Part shown: positions 48,415-57,259 of the stretch, piece by piece
How the letters are laid out: each line of letters starts with the position of its first letter
How positions within the stretch are numbered: position 1 is the first letter of the stretch
DNA from: a virus
IMG/VR virus record: IMGVR_UViG_3300030060_004544
Span: 6,179 to 70,178 of that record
DNA length: 64,000 bases
Reading direction: 5' to 3' (one strand)
The notes under the pieces: model-generated
The model's input: the letters and a program-made list of their open reading frames with translations, nothing else
The model's database searches: none
What the model was told of the DNA's origin: nothing
Position numbers and translations under genes: made by a program

Positions 48415-49163
48415 ACTAATTGTTTTAATATTTCTTCAAATTTATCTAACTTAATCATATTAGACCCATCACTCCATGCTGCACTAGGATTTTCGTGTAC
48501 TTCAAAAAAGTAACCGTCAACGCCAACTGCTTTTGCAGCTTTTGCAATATGTATAGCATAGCGTGGTTGACCAGCCGTTGTGCTGCCTGAATTAGGTCTT
48601 TGTGTTGAGTGCGTACAGTCTATTATAACTGGTACGTCTAATTCTTTCATGTCTATGATCTGTCTAAAATCTACAACAAGATCACCCATACCAAACATAC
48701 TACCTCTTTCAGTTAGCATAATATTATTATTACCTGTACTTTTAACTTTATTAACAGCGTGTATCATATTGCTACCATTTATAAACTGTCCTTTTTTAAT
48801 ATTAACATTTTTAAACGTGTGACCCGCAGCAACTAATAAATCAGTTTGTCTACATAAATAAGCTGGTATTTGTATAATATCTACAACATCAGCTAACTTA
48901 TCTGCTTGCCAAGGTTCATGTATATCTGTTGTAATCTTACAACCATCTAGCTCTTTCAACTCAGCAAATATATCTATAGCTTTATCTATGCCAATACCTC
49001 GTTTAGAGTTTACAGATGTTCTATTAGCCTTGTCAAATGAAGCTTTGAAATAATAATCAAAACCATACTTATCTGCTAGCTCTGAGCATTTGTTAGATAT
49101 TTCATGCGCTTGTATTCTACCTTCTAGACTACATGGTCCAGCTATCAATATAGGTTTTTTCAT
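48411..49163 (-). CDS. kdsA: Kdo-8-phosphate synthase, metal-dependent type
   Basis: IAGPCS, KASFDKANRTS, QIPAYLCRQTDL, NIKKGQF, TERG, DCTHSTQRP, FFEVH, SDG. Confidence 0.96.
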   Translation of the reverse strand: MKKPILIAGPCSLEGRIQAHEISNKCSELADKYGFDYYFKASFDKANRTSVNSKRGIGIDKAIDIFAELKELDGCKITTDIHEPWQADKLADVVDIIQIPAYLCRQTDLLVAAGHTFKNVNIKKGQFINGSNMIHAVNKVKSTGNNNIMLTERGSMFGMGDLVVDFRQIIDMKELDVPVIIDCTHSTQRPNSGSTTAGQPRYAIHIAKAAKAVGVDGYFFEVHENPSAAWSDGSNMIKLDKFEEILKQLV

Positions 49164-49789
49164 TTAGTAAAATTTACTATAAGTTTATGTTTTGGTATAT
49201 ATTTTCTTATTAATTTTTTCCACTTATCTGGGTGCATTAATGTAACATGCATGTTTTCACCGTTATCAAAATGCGCGTGTGAAGGTGACATAGGTATAGA
49301 CATAACTATAACACCGCATGTGCAAGTTAAATCTGCTAGATCTCTAAGTAAAGCTGGTAACTCTTCTAACGGAACGTGCTCTACAACATCACAACATACT
49401 GTCATATCAAATTTAGCCTGTGGTGGTCTAACGTGGTATATAGGGTGACATGGGTCATACCTATAAAAACCAGCAACGTTTTCACCTAAAAACTCCATCA
49501 ATGTCATAGCGTCATATTTATCTGGAACTCTTTTGCCTGGCCTTGTGTATTTTTCACCATTATATATTCCTTTTCTTTTATGCCAAACTTGAGCAGAGCC
49601 ACAACCATAGTCTAATATCATTGAGCCTGGATTTTCACTTATCCATTTTTTTGTTGGATGTAATATTGTTTTCCAACCACTACCATCGCCATAACCACCT
49701 TCAACCTTAGTTCTCCAACTACCGTCACGTTCTTTTATTTTATATGCAGCGCCTTGGTGTAATGCTTTGTATTTTTCTCCGTATTTCAT
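49160..49789 (-). CDS. Class I SAM-dependent methyltransferase, probably glycan-modifying
   Basis: ILDYGCG, YDP, FDMTVCCDVVEHVP, HVTLMHPDKW; between kdsA and kdsB. Confidence 0.8.
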   Translation of the reverse strand: MKYGEKYKALHQGAAYKIKERDGSWRTKVEGGYGDGSGWKTILHPTKKWISENPGSMILDYGCGSAQVWHKRKGIYNGEKYTRPGKRVPDKYDAMTLMEFLGENVAGFYRYDPCHPIYHVRPPQAKFDMTVCCDVVEHVPLEELPALLRDLADLTCTCGVIVMSIPMSPSHAHFDNGENMHVTLMHPDKWKKLIRKYIPKHKLIVNFTK

Positions 49790-50424
49790 TTTATATCTTT
49801 ATAAGTATTAACTTCTACTCCATCGTATGTAGTTTCAACTACATCAATATCATATAAACCTAATATTCTGTTTTGTTCTAAGTTTTCTAATTTATATTTA
49901 TCTTTCATAACTCTATATGCTTTTAACATATAAGGTTTATAAGCGTATATACCTAAATGTCTATCGCCATAACCTATGTCAGATCTTGTAAACCACATTG
50001 CTTTACCATTTTGATGTATAACTTTTACATCATCTGGTTTAGCACCCTTTGTGTAAGCGGTTAAACAGACTACATCTTTTTTATTTAATGCTTTTATTAT
50101 AGGTCTCATTGTATCTAAATTTATATCTAACATATCACCTTGCACGTTTAATATGTAATCATATTCATTTACTAAATCTAATACAACTCTCTTAGATAAT
50201 CTATGTGTACCGTTATCAGCTTTACCCGTTTGTATACACCATTTAATTGGAAACAGTTTAGCAATACGCTTACTGTCTGTCGCTACAAATGTATCATATC
50301 CCATCATACGTACTTTATCAAACACAAGACGTATCAAAGGTTCATCATCGAACTTCATCAACATTTTGTGTTTGATTCTAGTACTATTAAGTCTTGCTGG
50401 TATAACTACCGCTATGTTTTTCAT
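49786..50424 (-). CDS. kdsB: CMP-Kdo synthetase (cytidylyltransferase)
   Basis: VIPARLNSTRIKHK, VATD, NGTHR, LNVQGD, HLGIYAY, ENLEQNRIL. Confidence 0.92.
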   Translation of the reverse strand: MKNIAVVIPARLNSTRIKHKMLMKFDDEPLIRLVFDKVRMMGYDTFVATDSKRIAKLFPIKWCIQTGKADNGTHRLSKRVVLDLVNEYDYILNVQGDMLDINLDTMRPIIKALNKKDVVCLTAYTKGAKPDDVKVIHQNGKAMWFTRSDIGYGDRHLGIYAYKPYMLKAYRVMKDKYKLENLEQNRILGLYDIDVVETTYDGVEVNTYKDIK

Positions 50425-50765
50425 ATCTTAGTACCAGCTGTTCTTCTTATTATATCATCGTGATTAAACTCAGCCCAATATAATTCAAAAGCAACACCAT
50501 CTTCAACACCCTCAAACTGATGTATTTTACCAGGTTTTACCATAGTAAAATCACCTGCTTCAAGTATTGTTTCATCAACAAGACCTTGATCTTCTTGCCA
50601 TACTCTGACAAGCATCTTACCGGACTCTACAAAAAATCCGTTCCATTTAAATCTATGCTCGTGTTCAGAGCATTTAAATCCTTTATTAAATTGTATTCGG
50701 TGAAACTCCATGACGCCGTTTTTATGGATCATTTCTGTTTTACCCCATATTTTACCTGCTTTCAT
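50421..50765 (-). CDS. Cupin, possible sugar isomerase/epimerase
   Basis: KIWG...CSEHEHRFK...FVESG...LEAGD...VKPGKIHQF. Confidence 0.78.
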   Translation of the reverse strand: MKAGKIWGKTEMIHKNGVMEFHRIQFNKGFKCSEHEHRFKWNGFFVESGKMLVRVWQEDQGLVDETILEAGDFTMVKPGKIHQFEGVEDGVAFELYWAEFNHDDIIRRTAGTKI

Positions 50766-50952
50766 TTATTATCTTTTGTAATTTTTCTTTATCACCAAAC
50801 AATACTAAACAATCGTAATCTTTAGTTTCAATATCCTCTATCTTTTCTACGTTATCAATAACCCATTTAGCGCAAAACGCATTATTTAAATTAGCCATTA
50901 ATCTTGAGTTTCTAATATTGTAAGGAGCTTCTACTATTGCTACTCTATTCAT
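50752..50952 (-). CDS. Hypothetical protein
   Basis: 66-aa ORF overlapping both neighbours. Confidence 0.6.
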   Translation of the reverse strand: MNRVAIVEAPYNIRNSRLMANLNNAFCAKWVIDNVEKIEDIETKDYDCLVLFGDKEKLQKIINESR

Positions 50953-51782
50953 TTTTTTAAATTATTAAAATAAGTTTTTTTCCAATTGCTACCACCCATC
51001 CTAAACCTTTTAGGCACTTCGTTTGTGCGGTAACCTTTTTTATTAAAATACAAATCTTTTGGCACCCAATCATACCATTTAGGTCTGTACATACCTTTAC
51101 CCTTTGCCGTTATATTAAACTTTTTTAACGTTTGATTTTTTTTATTTGCAAAGTGTATACTTATAGATATTCTAGGTGTAAGTGATTCAGCTTTGTGATA
51201 CCTGTATTGTGGTATATACAATAAATCACCAGGTTCTAAAACAAACTCATCAACTACTTTACCAGGCTCTCTATTAGGAGCTGAGTTTTCATATATAGTC
51301 CATTTAACTTTACCCTCAGTGTGAAACAAAAAGTTTTCTGTTTGATCACAATGCGCTGGAAACCCAACAGCATCTTTTTTACTTGAGCAATATATATTAA
51401 CTGTACCTCTATTAAAGTATCTTTCAAACTCGTTACATATCGCAACAAACTTTTCTTTCGTGTACTCAGCACCTGGTAATACAAATGTTTTACCTGACTG
51501 CCAAAATTCAAACAATTCTTCTTTGCTCAACATTGGTAATTTTAATTTACCTGATTTAACTTTGTTTAAACACCAGCTTTTACCTTTGCCGTCATAGTCT
51601 AATACTTGTAAATGATTTAAATTATCTGGGTAATTGTTCATTACGTTATTAAAATCGTTCCATTTAAATAATGTTTTAAATATATTTCTTCTAATAACTA
51701 AATGTTTTTTACCCCAGTAATGCAGCCAAAACCTCTTAGGATCGACTGGGTTTAATATGTCTTTTAATGTTATATTATCCAT
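50949..51782 (-). CDS. JmjC (cupin_4/RoxA-like) 2-oxoglutarate/Fe(II) oxygenase
   Basis: FWLHYWGKKHLVI, GFPAHCD (HxD), GKVKW, LEPGDLLYIP...H. Confidence 0.85.
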   Translation of the reverse strand: MDNITLKDILNPVDPKRFWLHYWGKKHLVIRRNIFKTLFKWNDFNNVMNNYPDNLNHLQVLDYDGKGKSWCLNKVKSGKLKLPMLSKEELFEFWQSGKTFVLPGAEYTKEKFVAICNEFERYFNRGTVNIYCSSKKDAVGFPAHCDQTENFLFHTEGKVKWTIYENSAPNREPGKVVDEFVLEPGDLLYIPQYRYHKAESLTPRISISIHFANKKNQTLKKFNITAKGKGMYRPKWYDWVPKDLYFNKKGYRTNEVPKRFRMGGSNWKKTYFNNLKK

Positions 51783-53496
51783 CGCAACTTAAACAGTTAG
51801 GGTCCATAGCTTGAGATGCAATATCACCTCTTAATACAGACTCGGTTCTCATGTAATATAGAGTTTTAATTCCTTTTTTCCAAGCTTCTAAATGTACTTT
51901 ATTAATCCATTTAGGATCTGCTTGTGAAGGAAAAGCTAAATTCAAGCTTACAGACTGATCTATATATTGCTGTCTGATACCAGCTTGATTAACTAACTCT
52001 AGTTGATTAATTTCTTTAAAAGTTTTGTAAACTTCTTTTATAGGTATGTCGTGTTCTCCTATAGTAATTTTGTCTAATGCTTTGATACCTTGTATCGAAC
52101 CACCGTCTTTTAAAATTTGTTTCCATATTTTTTCTGTGTTCAAACCATGCTTGTCTAACTCAGCTACTAGAGTTGGATTTTTGCGGATGAAAGTTCCTTT
52201 TGCACTTTGGTCTGTAAAGACGTTAGCTGCCCACGGTTCAATCCCCGGGGATATATTCCCAGCGAGCTTGCTATTAGATACAGTGGGAGCAATAGCACGT
52301 AAGTGGGTATTGCGAAAGCCAGTACCGACACACCAAAGAGGTTCTCCATAAGCAGAAGCAAGAGCCATTGAAGCTCTTTCAGACTCGATTTTAATTTGAC
52401 TAAAAATTCTTCTTGTTTCATATTGTGCTAATAATCCTTCAAACGGAAAGCCTTTTTGCTGTAGATAAGTATGCCAACCTAAAACACCTAAACCAAGTGC
52501 TCTACCTTTTTCAGCAGATCTTACAGCATTTTCAAAGCCTCTCCTGTTTTTTGCTTTTTGTATAAATTCCTCTAAAACACCATCTAAAAACCATACACTA
52601 TCATATATTAAGTTTGAGTCTTTCCACTCGTGGTACTTAGCTAGATTTAAACTAGATAAGCAACATACAAAGCTATGATTTTCATCTGTGTGTAAAACTA
52701 TCTCTGAACATATATTAGTCATAAAGACCTTCAGAGCGTTATCCTTATAAGCTGAAGGGTTGTTTTTATTTACATTACCCTTGTACATTATATAAGGTTC
52801 ACCAGTTGCTTTACGTTTCTGTAGTAGTTTACCCCATTTACGTCTTGCAACTTTATCACCGTCTCTAAGTTTACGCATAAACTTATCACCGATTATAGTA
52901 CATTGATGTAGGTTTAATGATTGTCTATTAACATCGCCTTTTGGCTCTCTTATTTCTAACCAGTCTTCCCAGTCTTTGTGATCTATATTTAAGTTAACTG
53001 ATGCAGCGCCTCTACGTACAGCTCCTTGATTAGTTGCTAGTATCGTAGAGTCATATATTTTACAAAAAGGTACAACACCATCTGATGTACCATTCATTGT
53101 AATTTCTGCGCCAGCTGGTCTGATCATATTTAAACCAACACCAACTCCACCACCGTGTTTAGCTAGTAACATCATTTCTAGGTTTTTCTGCCCTATATCT
53201 AATATACTATCTGCGACATCAATGCCAAAGCAGGATATTGGTAATCCTCTTTCAGTACCTGTATTTGATAACACTGGAGAGGCTAGACATAACCAGCCTT
53301 TCCATATGTAATCAAAAAATATATCAGCCATTTCTGGCTTTTTTAAACGTCTTGCTACAGTTGTAGCTACACGTTGATATGCTTCACGTGGTGTTTCTCC
53401 ATTGTATAGATAACCACCAGTTATTGTTTTTTTATATACGTCAGCGTCTGCCCAGTCCGGGTAATCAACGCCTTTTTTCCATCTGTTACTCCACAT
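51775..53496 (-). CDS. nrdA: Ribonucleotide reductase class Ia alpha subunit, short form
   Basis: PISCF, TNICSEI, VCCLSSLNL, AIAPTVS, TLYYMR, C-terminal CLSCDG; ATG 53496 preferred. Confidence 0.95.
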   Translation of the reverse strand: MWSNRWKKGVDYPDWADADVYKKTITGGYLYNGETPREAYQRVATTVARRLKKPEMADIFFDYIWKGWLCLASPVLSNTGTERGLPISCFGIDVADSILDIGQKNLEMMLLAKHGGGVGVGLNMIRPAGAEITMNGTSDGVVPFCKIYDSTILATNQGAVRRGAASVNLNIDHKDWEDWLEIREPKGDVNRQSLNLHQCTIIGDKFMRKLRDGDKVARRKWGKLLQKRKATGEPYIMYKGNVNKNNPSAYKDNALKVFMTNICSEIVLHTDENHSFVCCLSSLNLAKYHEWKDSNLIYDSVWFLDGVLEEFIQKAKNRRGFENAVRSAEKGRALGLGVLGWHTYLQQKGFPFEGLLAQYETRRIFSQIKIESERASMALASAYGEPLWCVGTGFRNTHLRAIAPTVSNSKLAGNISPGIEPWAANVFTDQSAKGTFIRKNPTLVAELDKHGLNTEKIWKQILKDGGSIQGIKALDKITIGEHDIPIKEVYKTFKEINQLELVNQAGIRQQYIDQSVSLNLAFPSQADPKWINKVHLEAWKKGIKTLYYMRTESVLRGDIASQAMDPNCLSCDG

Positions 53497-53501
53497 ATTA
53501 T

Positions 53502-54470
53502 TTACCAAATATTTTCAAAATCTTCTCCTTCGTTCGCTTTGCTGTAGTCTGTTGGCCTAATAGCAAAAAAGTCGGTATGAGTATGCCCACCAGTAAGATG
53601 ATAAAACCAATCCAACTTTTCCGAGGCTTTTTCGTCGTATTCAAATTCTTCTGCGAGCTCTTTGTATCCGAGCTCAACAAGTTTTTCATTTATTCTTTTC
53701 TTTATAAATTGTTTTAAGTCATAAGATTTCATACCCTCAATATCACCTGCCTCAAACATCTTGTCAATATATTTCATTTCAGCATCATGCATTACATGAG
53801 CTGCTTCTACAATATGTGGTTTACAAGACTCTTTTAAAAAGTCTTTTTCTTCACACATGTGTCTGAATAGTCTACAGCCCATACGACTGTGTAACGATTC
53901 ATCTCTCACGCTCCATTTCATTTGTTGTCCTATACCTTTTAATAAGTTTCTCATTTGAAAACTATATAATACCGCAAACGCAGAGTATAATGAAACACCT
54001 TCTGCAAACGCACTAAATACAGCTAATGATTTACCTATTTCAACAGGATCAGTACCTTCATAAGCCACAAGATTATCAAATCTTTCTGCTGTTGCAGGTT
54101 CATGTAAAAAAGCTTCAAAGTCTTCAAGACCTAAAGTTTCATTTAAATAACTATATGCTACAGCGTGTATTGTTTCTTGTGATCCAAACATCATTGCCAT
54201 TTGTTGTATTTCATGTTTAGGAAACCATGATACAACTTTTTGTGTCCAATAATCTGACACAGCACATTCAGTTTGTGCAAAGCCTAACAGTATATTACCT
54301 ACTAAACTTTTTTCTTCTTCTGTAAGTTTTTCGTTCCAGTCTTTAACATCACCTGACATAGGTATTTCTGTGTGTAACCAAAACGCTTGAGCTTGTTTCA
54401 ACCAACCCTCAGTATAATACTCAGGGTACTCAAAAGGTTTGTATGCTATTCTGTTGTCAAATAATCCCAT
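53502..54470 (-). CDS. nrdB: Ribonucleotide reductase class I beta subunit
   Basis: QETIHAVAYS, AEGVSLYSAF, RDESLH, DFFAIRPTDY. Confidence 0.95.
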   Translation of the reverse strand: MGLFDNRIAYKPFEYPEYYTEGWLKQAQAFWLHTEIPMSGDVKDWNEKLTEEEKSLVGNILLGFAQTECAVSDYWTQKVVSWFPKHEIQQMAMMFGSQETIHAVAYSYLNETLGLEDFEAFLHEPATAERFDNLVAYEGTDPVEIGKSLAVFSAFAEGVSLYSAFAVLYSFQMRNLLKGIGQQMKWSVRDESLHSRMGCRLFRHMCEEKDFLKESCKPHIVEAAHVMHDAEMKYIDKMFEAGDIEGMKSYDLKQFIKKRINEKLVELGYKELAEEFEYDEKASEKLDWFYHLTGGHTHTDFFAIRPTDYSKANEGEDFENIW

Positions 54471-54473
54471 TTA

Positions 54474-54614
54474 TTAGTATTGAAAGGTTAAACAAATATC
54501 AAATATAAATACATAAAATACGTGATCTATCTTATTGTTTTCTACATCTGGATACGATCTATATCCAAATAAAAGTCCTGTAAACAGGCCAAAACTTAGT
54601 TCCCATTTTTTCAT
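54474..54614 (-). CDS. Small hydrophobic protein (46 aa, not in ORF track)
   Basis: MKKWELSFGLFTGLLFGYRSYPDVENNKIDHVFYVFIFDICLTFQY; ATGA overlap with upstream gene. Confidence 0.6.
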   Translation of the reverse strand: MKKWELSFGLFTGLLFGYRSYPDVENNKIDHVFYVFIFDICLTFQY

Positions 54615-54748
54615 CTTCCTTGTCCTCTATAAGCAGTACCATTATAATACTTACCGTTTTTGTTTTTTGTGTTTCTGTTTTTACTATGTACGCCTGGTCT
54701 TTTCTTTTTAGGTTTCCATTTGTACGTCATTAATGTTAATCGTGCCAT
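54611..54748 (-). CDS. Small basic protein ending YRGQGR (45 aa, not in ORF track)
   Basis: MARLTLMTYKWKPKKKRPGVHSKNRNTKNKNGKYYNGTAYRGQGR. Confidence 0.68.
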   Translation of the reverse strand: MARLTLMTYKWKPKKKRPGVHSKNRNTKNKNGKYYNGTAYRGQGR

Positions 54749-54915
54749 GGTAAATTATACTTTAAATATTGTTCTTTTAAATGTTTATACTTTAAATAAC
54801 CTCTTTGTGTTATTGTCCACTTAATAAAAGTATCAATTTTTCTTAACGCATACATGCGTCTTGCTATCTCCTTGCTCCTTTGTTTTTCAAAATTAGCCTT
54901 ACTGTTTCGTCGCAT
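54736..54915 (-). CDS. Small basic hypothetical protein (59 aa, not in ORF track)
   Basis: MRRNSKANFEKQRSKEIARRMYALRKIDTFIKW...; fills the gap, start uncertain. Confidence 0.45.
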   Translation of the reverse strand: MRRNSKANFEKQRSKEIARRMYALRKIDTFIKWTITQRGYLKYKHLKEQYLKYNLPWHD

Positions 54916-55325
54916 TCTTTTTGATTTTGTGGTTTATACAATATAACATTAGGTAAATGTTCTTTAACATACTTCTTAAACATTTTCCAACGTAAAGGAA
55001 AACTTTCGTTTGCTCTACCTTTACACTCAATAATAAAGCCTTGACCCATAAAGTCTGGTGTATAAGATATGTTTAATATTTTCTTATGCCCACGATCTTT
55101 ATAATCACCTTTACCATTAGCACATCTCTCATAAGCTGATGTATCAAACTGGTATGAAGGAAATATTTCATAAGTATGTCCTTCATATACAGCTTGTATT
55201 TTTGCTTTTTTAAGAGCTAAGTGCATATACTTTTCTAGTCCTGACGCAAAGGTTATCCCGTCACAAGTAACTTTTTTACTTGTAACAGGTCCTTTTTTTC
55301 TTTTATAATTCCTCTTCCTCATCAT
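54864..55325 (-). CDS. T7 endonuclease I-like PD-(D/E)XK nuclease / junction resolvase
   Basis: FASGLE...YTPDF...IIECKG. Confidence 0.8.
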   Translation of the reverse strand: MMRKRNYKRKKGPVTSKKVTCDGITFASGLEKYMHLALKKAKIQAVYEGHTYEIFPSYQFDTSAYERCANGKGDYKDRGHKKILNISYTPDFMGQGFIIECKGRANESFPLRWKMFKKYVKEHLPNVILYKPQNQKECDETVRLILKNKGARR

Positions 55326-55572
55326 GTATAACAAATTGTTTTAATGCAGCTTCTTCAATCTCTTCTGTCAAACATCTTTTTGCTGCTTCAATATACAACA
55401 ACGCATCCATGATCTCTTCTTGTACATCAGTTAAAAACATGTGTAAGTCTTTCTTACCTGTGTCTATTTCGTTTTCCATTGTTTGACCGTATTTCTTTTG
55501 GCCAACAATGCTACGTTTGTCCATCTTCCTTAGTACTGCTTGTACTATCTTATCTTTAGTCTTAATCTTCAT
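55303..55572 (-). CDS. Small all-alpha protein, MazG/dNTP pyrophosphatase-like
   Basis: RSIVGQKKYG...QEEIMDALLY acidic helix motif. Confidence 0.5.
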   Translation of the reverse strand: MKIKTKDKIVQAVLRKMDKRSIVGQKKYGQTMENEIDTGKKDLHMFLTDVQEEIMDALLYIEAAKRCLTEEIEEAALKQFVIHDEEEEL

Positions 55573-56353
55573 TTTTAACAAACGTTCCATTAACCATTTT
55601 ACCTGTACGTTTTGATATTACGTTGTATGCGTCAGCTATACAAGTTTCAATATGTACATTATTTAAATGTGCTAAGTTAGTTAATACTACAACCATATCA
55701 CCAATAGCATCAATAACTTCTGCTTGGTCTTTTTCTAAGGTAGCTTTAGCTAACTCTCCCATTTCTTCTTGGAGTTTAATTAATTGAGTTTTAGTATCAC
55801 CTTTGTCATATATACCTCTTTCATCAGCCCATTGCCTGATAAGCTCAAACATTTTTAAAGGTTTTTTAGAACATTTTACTGGAGTTGGTTTTGCAAAAAC
55901 ATCATTGTTATCGTAAAACCTAGCAAATGCTTTATTATATACATAGCTTCTATTATTATTAAACATAGAAACTTTTACGTTTTTCATTATCCAGTCTATT
56001 GTTTTAGGTGTTATATCTAACTGACCGTGATCAGTATTCCAAGACATACCTATGTTATCAAACAATTGACCTTTTAATTTATCCACTGGACATGGAAACG
56101 TTGTGGTCTGTTCAGTTATATTTATATTCATATTCGATTTAGATTTAAGTTTTTTATATGGCACCATATCTACACGGTAACCATATTCTCTTTGTAATTT
56201 TCTCTCTTTTGTAGATATATAATCTACATCAGTAGAGCTTTCTAGTACTTCATATTCATCAGGACTATAACCTTGTTGAACTGTGACCCGGTTATTAAGA
56301 TCACAGGTAACACCGATTTTTTTACCTGGAATATGATAAATATAATACGTCAT
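55562..56353 (-). CDS. GIY-YIG-like domain fused to MazG-like NTP pyrophosphohydrolase
   Basis: N-terminal YYIYHI..KKIGVT.DL..R...E; C-terminal WADERGI...KLQEEMGELA...DAIGD. Confidence 0.75.
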   Translation of the reverse strand: MTYYIYHIPGKKIGVTCDLNNRVTVQQGYSPDEYEVLESSTDVDYISTKERKLQREYGYRVDMVPYKKLKSKSNMNINITEQTTTFPCPVDKLKGQLFDNIGMSWNTDHGQLDITPKTIDWIMKNVKVSMFNNNRSYVYNKAFARFYDNNDVFAKPTPVKCSKKPLKMFELIRQWADERGIYDKGDTKTQLIKLQEEMGELAKATLEKDQAEVIDAIGDMVVVLTNLAHLNNVHIETCIADAYNVISKRTGKMVNGTFVKNED

Positions 56354-56991
56354 AATTTGTCGTTATATATATGCATGTTATGTGCGTGGTGGTAATACCA
56401 CCCGATGTCCATAGACAATCTCTCTGCAACATATTTTTGTAACATACTAAAACAGTATTGATCGTTACAAAAACCGTACCAGAGGTCATTAGAACGCATA
56501 TAAACAGACATATTCAGTTTATCATTAAGTATTGTAAATTGAACAGCATACGTACAAGGGGTATCTTTCTTGTAGTTGTTATGCTCTTTACAATCGTATA
56601 TGCTAATTGCAGCGTGTCTAGTTTCTTTATGTTTTCTTAGCTTTTTAATAACATATTCTAATTGGTTATTACGTTGCCATTGCCAACCATAATTACTATT
56701 AACTAAACCTTTGCGATTAGACATCTTTACCCATATTGGTGGTATCTTACCATATATAGTACCTAACTTTGCGATACTATTATCTCCTGATAAATACCAT
56801 TGCCATTCAGCTTCAGCATAATCAGCTTTCCAATTACGATCTGGATTTGTAATATGATTATCCATAGGATTTTCAATTCTAAAACCACAGTTAAATATAG
56901 CTTTAGTGTTATCAAAATCAACACCTGTTTCTATTATGTGATCCCATAAGTAATTGTACGCATGATTAGCGTTAAAAAAATTATTTTGCAT
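56350..56991 (-). CDS. Thymidylate-synthase-fold enzyme with dCMP-type signature (dCMP hydroxymethylase/methylase-like)
   Basis: DTPCT catalytic Cys; MRSNDLWYGFCND with Asp at the E. coli ThyA Asn177 position; HNMHIY. Confidence 0.78.
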   Translation of the reverse strand: MQNNFFNANHAYNYLWDHIIETGVDFDNTKAIFNCGFRIENPMDNHITNPDRNWKADYAEAEWQWYLSGDNSIAKLGTIYGKIPPIWVKMSNRKGLVNSNYGWQWQRNNQLEYVIKKLRKHKETRHAAISIYDCKEHNNYKKDTPCTYAVQFTILNDKLNMSVYMRSNDLWYGFCNDQYCFSMLQKYVAERLSMDIGWYYHHAHNMHIYNDKL

Positions 56992-57259
56992 ATTTCTTAT
57001 AATAATATAATTGATATTCGCTTACCTTTTCCCATATTCTAGTTGGTCCATAAACATGAGGTGTTGTGCCTAATTTCTTACGATTAGGATATTTACCTTT
57101 TTCTATATCTATATACCAAATAGGCTCTCCCCATTTAGCTTGTCTAGGTGTTATACATATATCGTTTTCGTAACACCAAAGCAAAGCTTTTTCTTCTTCA
57201 TCAGTTCGGACATACTCGCCCATACTGTATTTTTTATTCCCACGGAAGGCTGCTGTCAT
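56981..57259 (-). CDS. Hypothetical protein
   Basis: 92-aa ORF overlapping both neighbours. Confidence 0.6.
   Translation of the reverse strand: MTAAFRGNKKYSMGEYVRTDEEEKALLWCYENDICITPRQAKWGEPIWYIDIEKGKYPNRKKLGTTPHVYGPTRIWEKVSEYQLYYYKKYAK

Noticed and set aside
56350-56991. Canonical thyA
   Set aside because: Asp replaces the dUMP-specifying Asn, so the symbol was withheld
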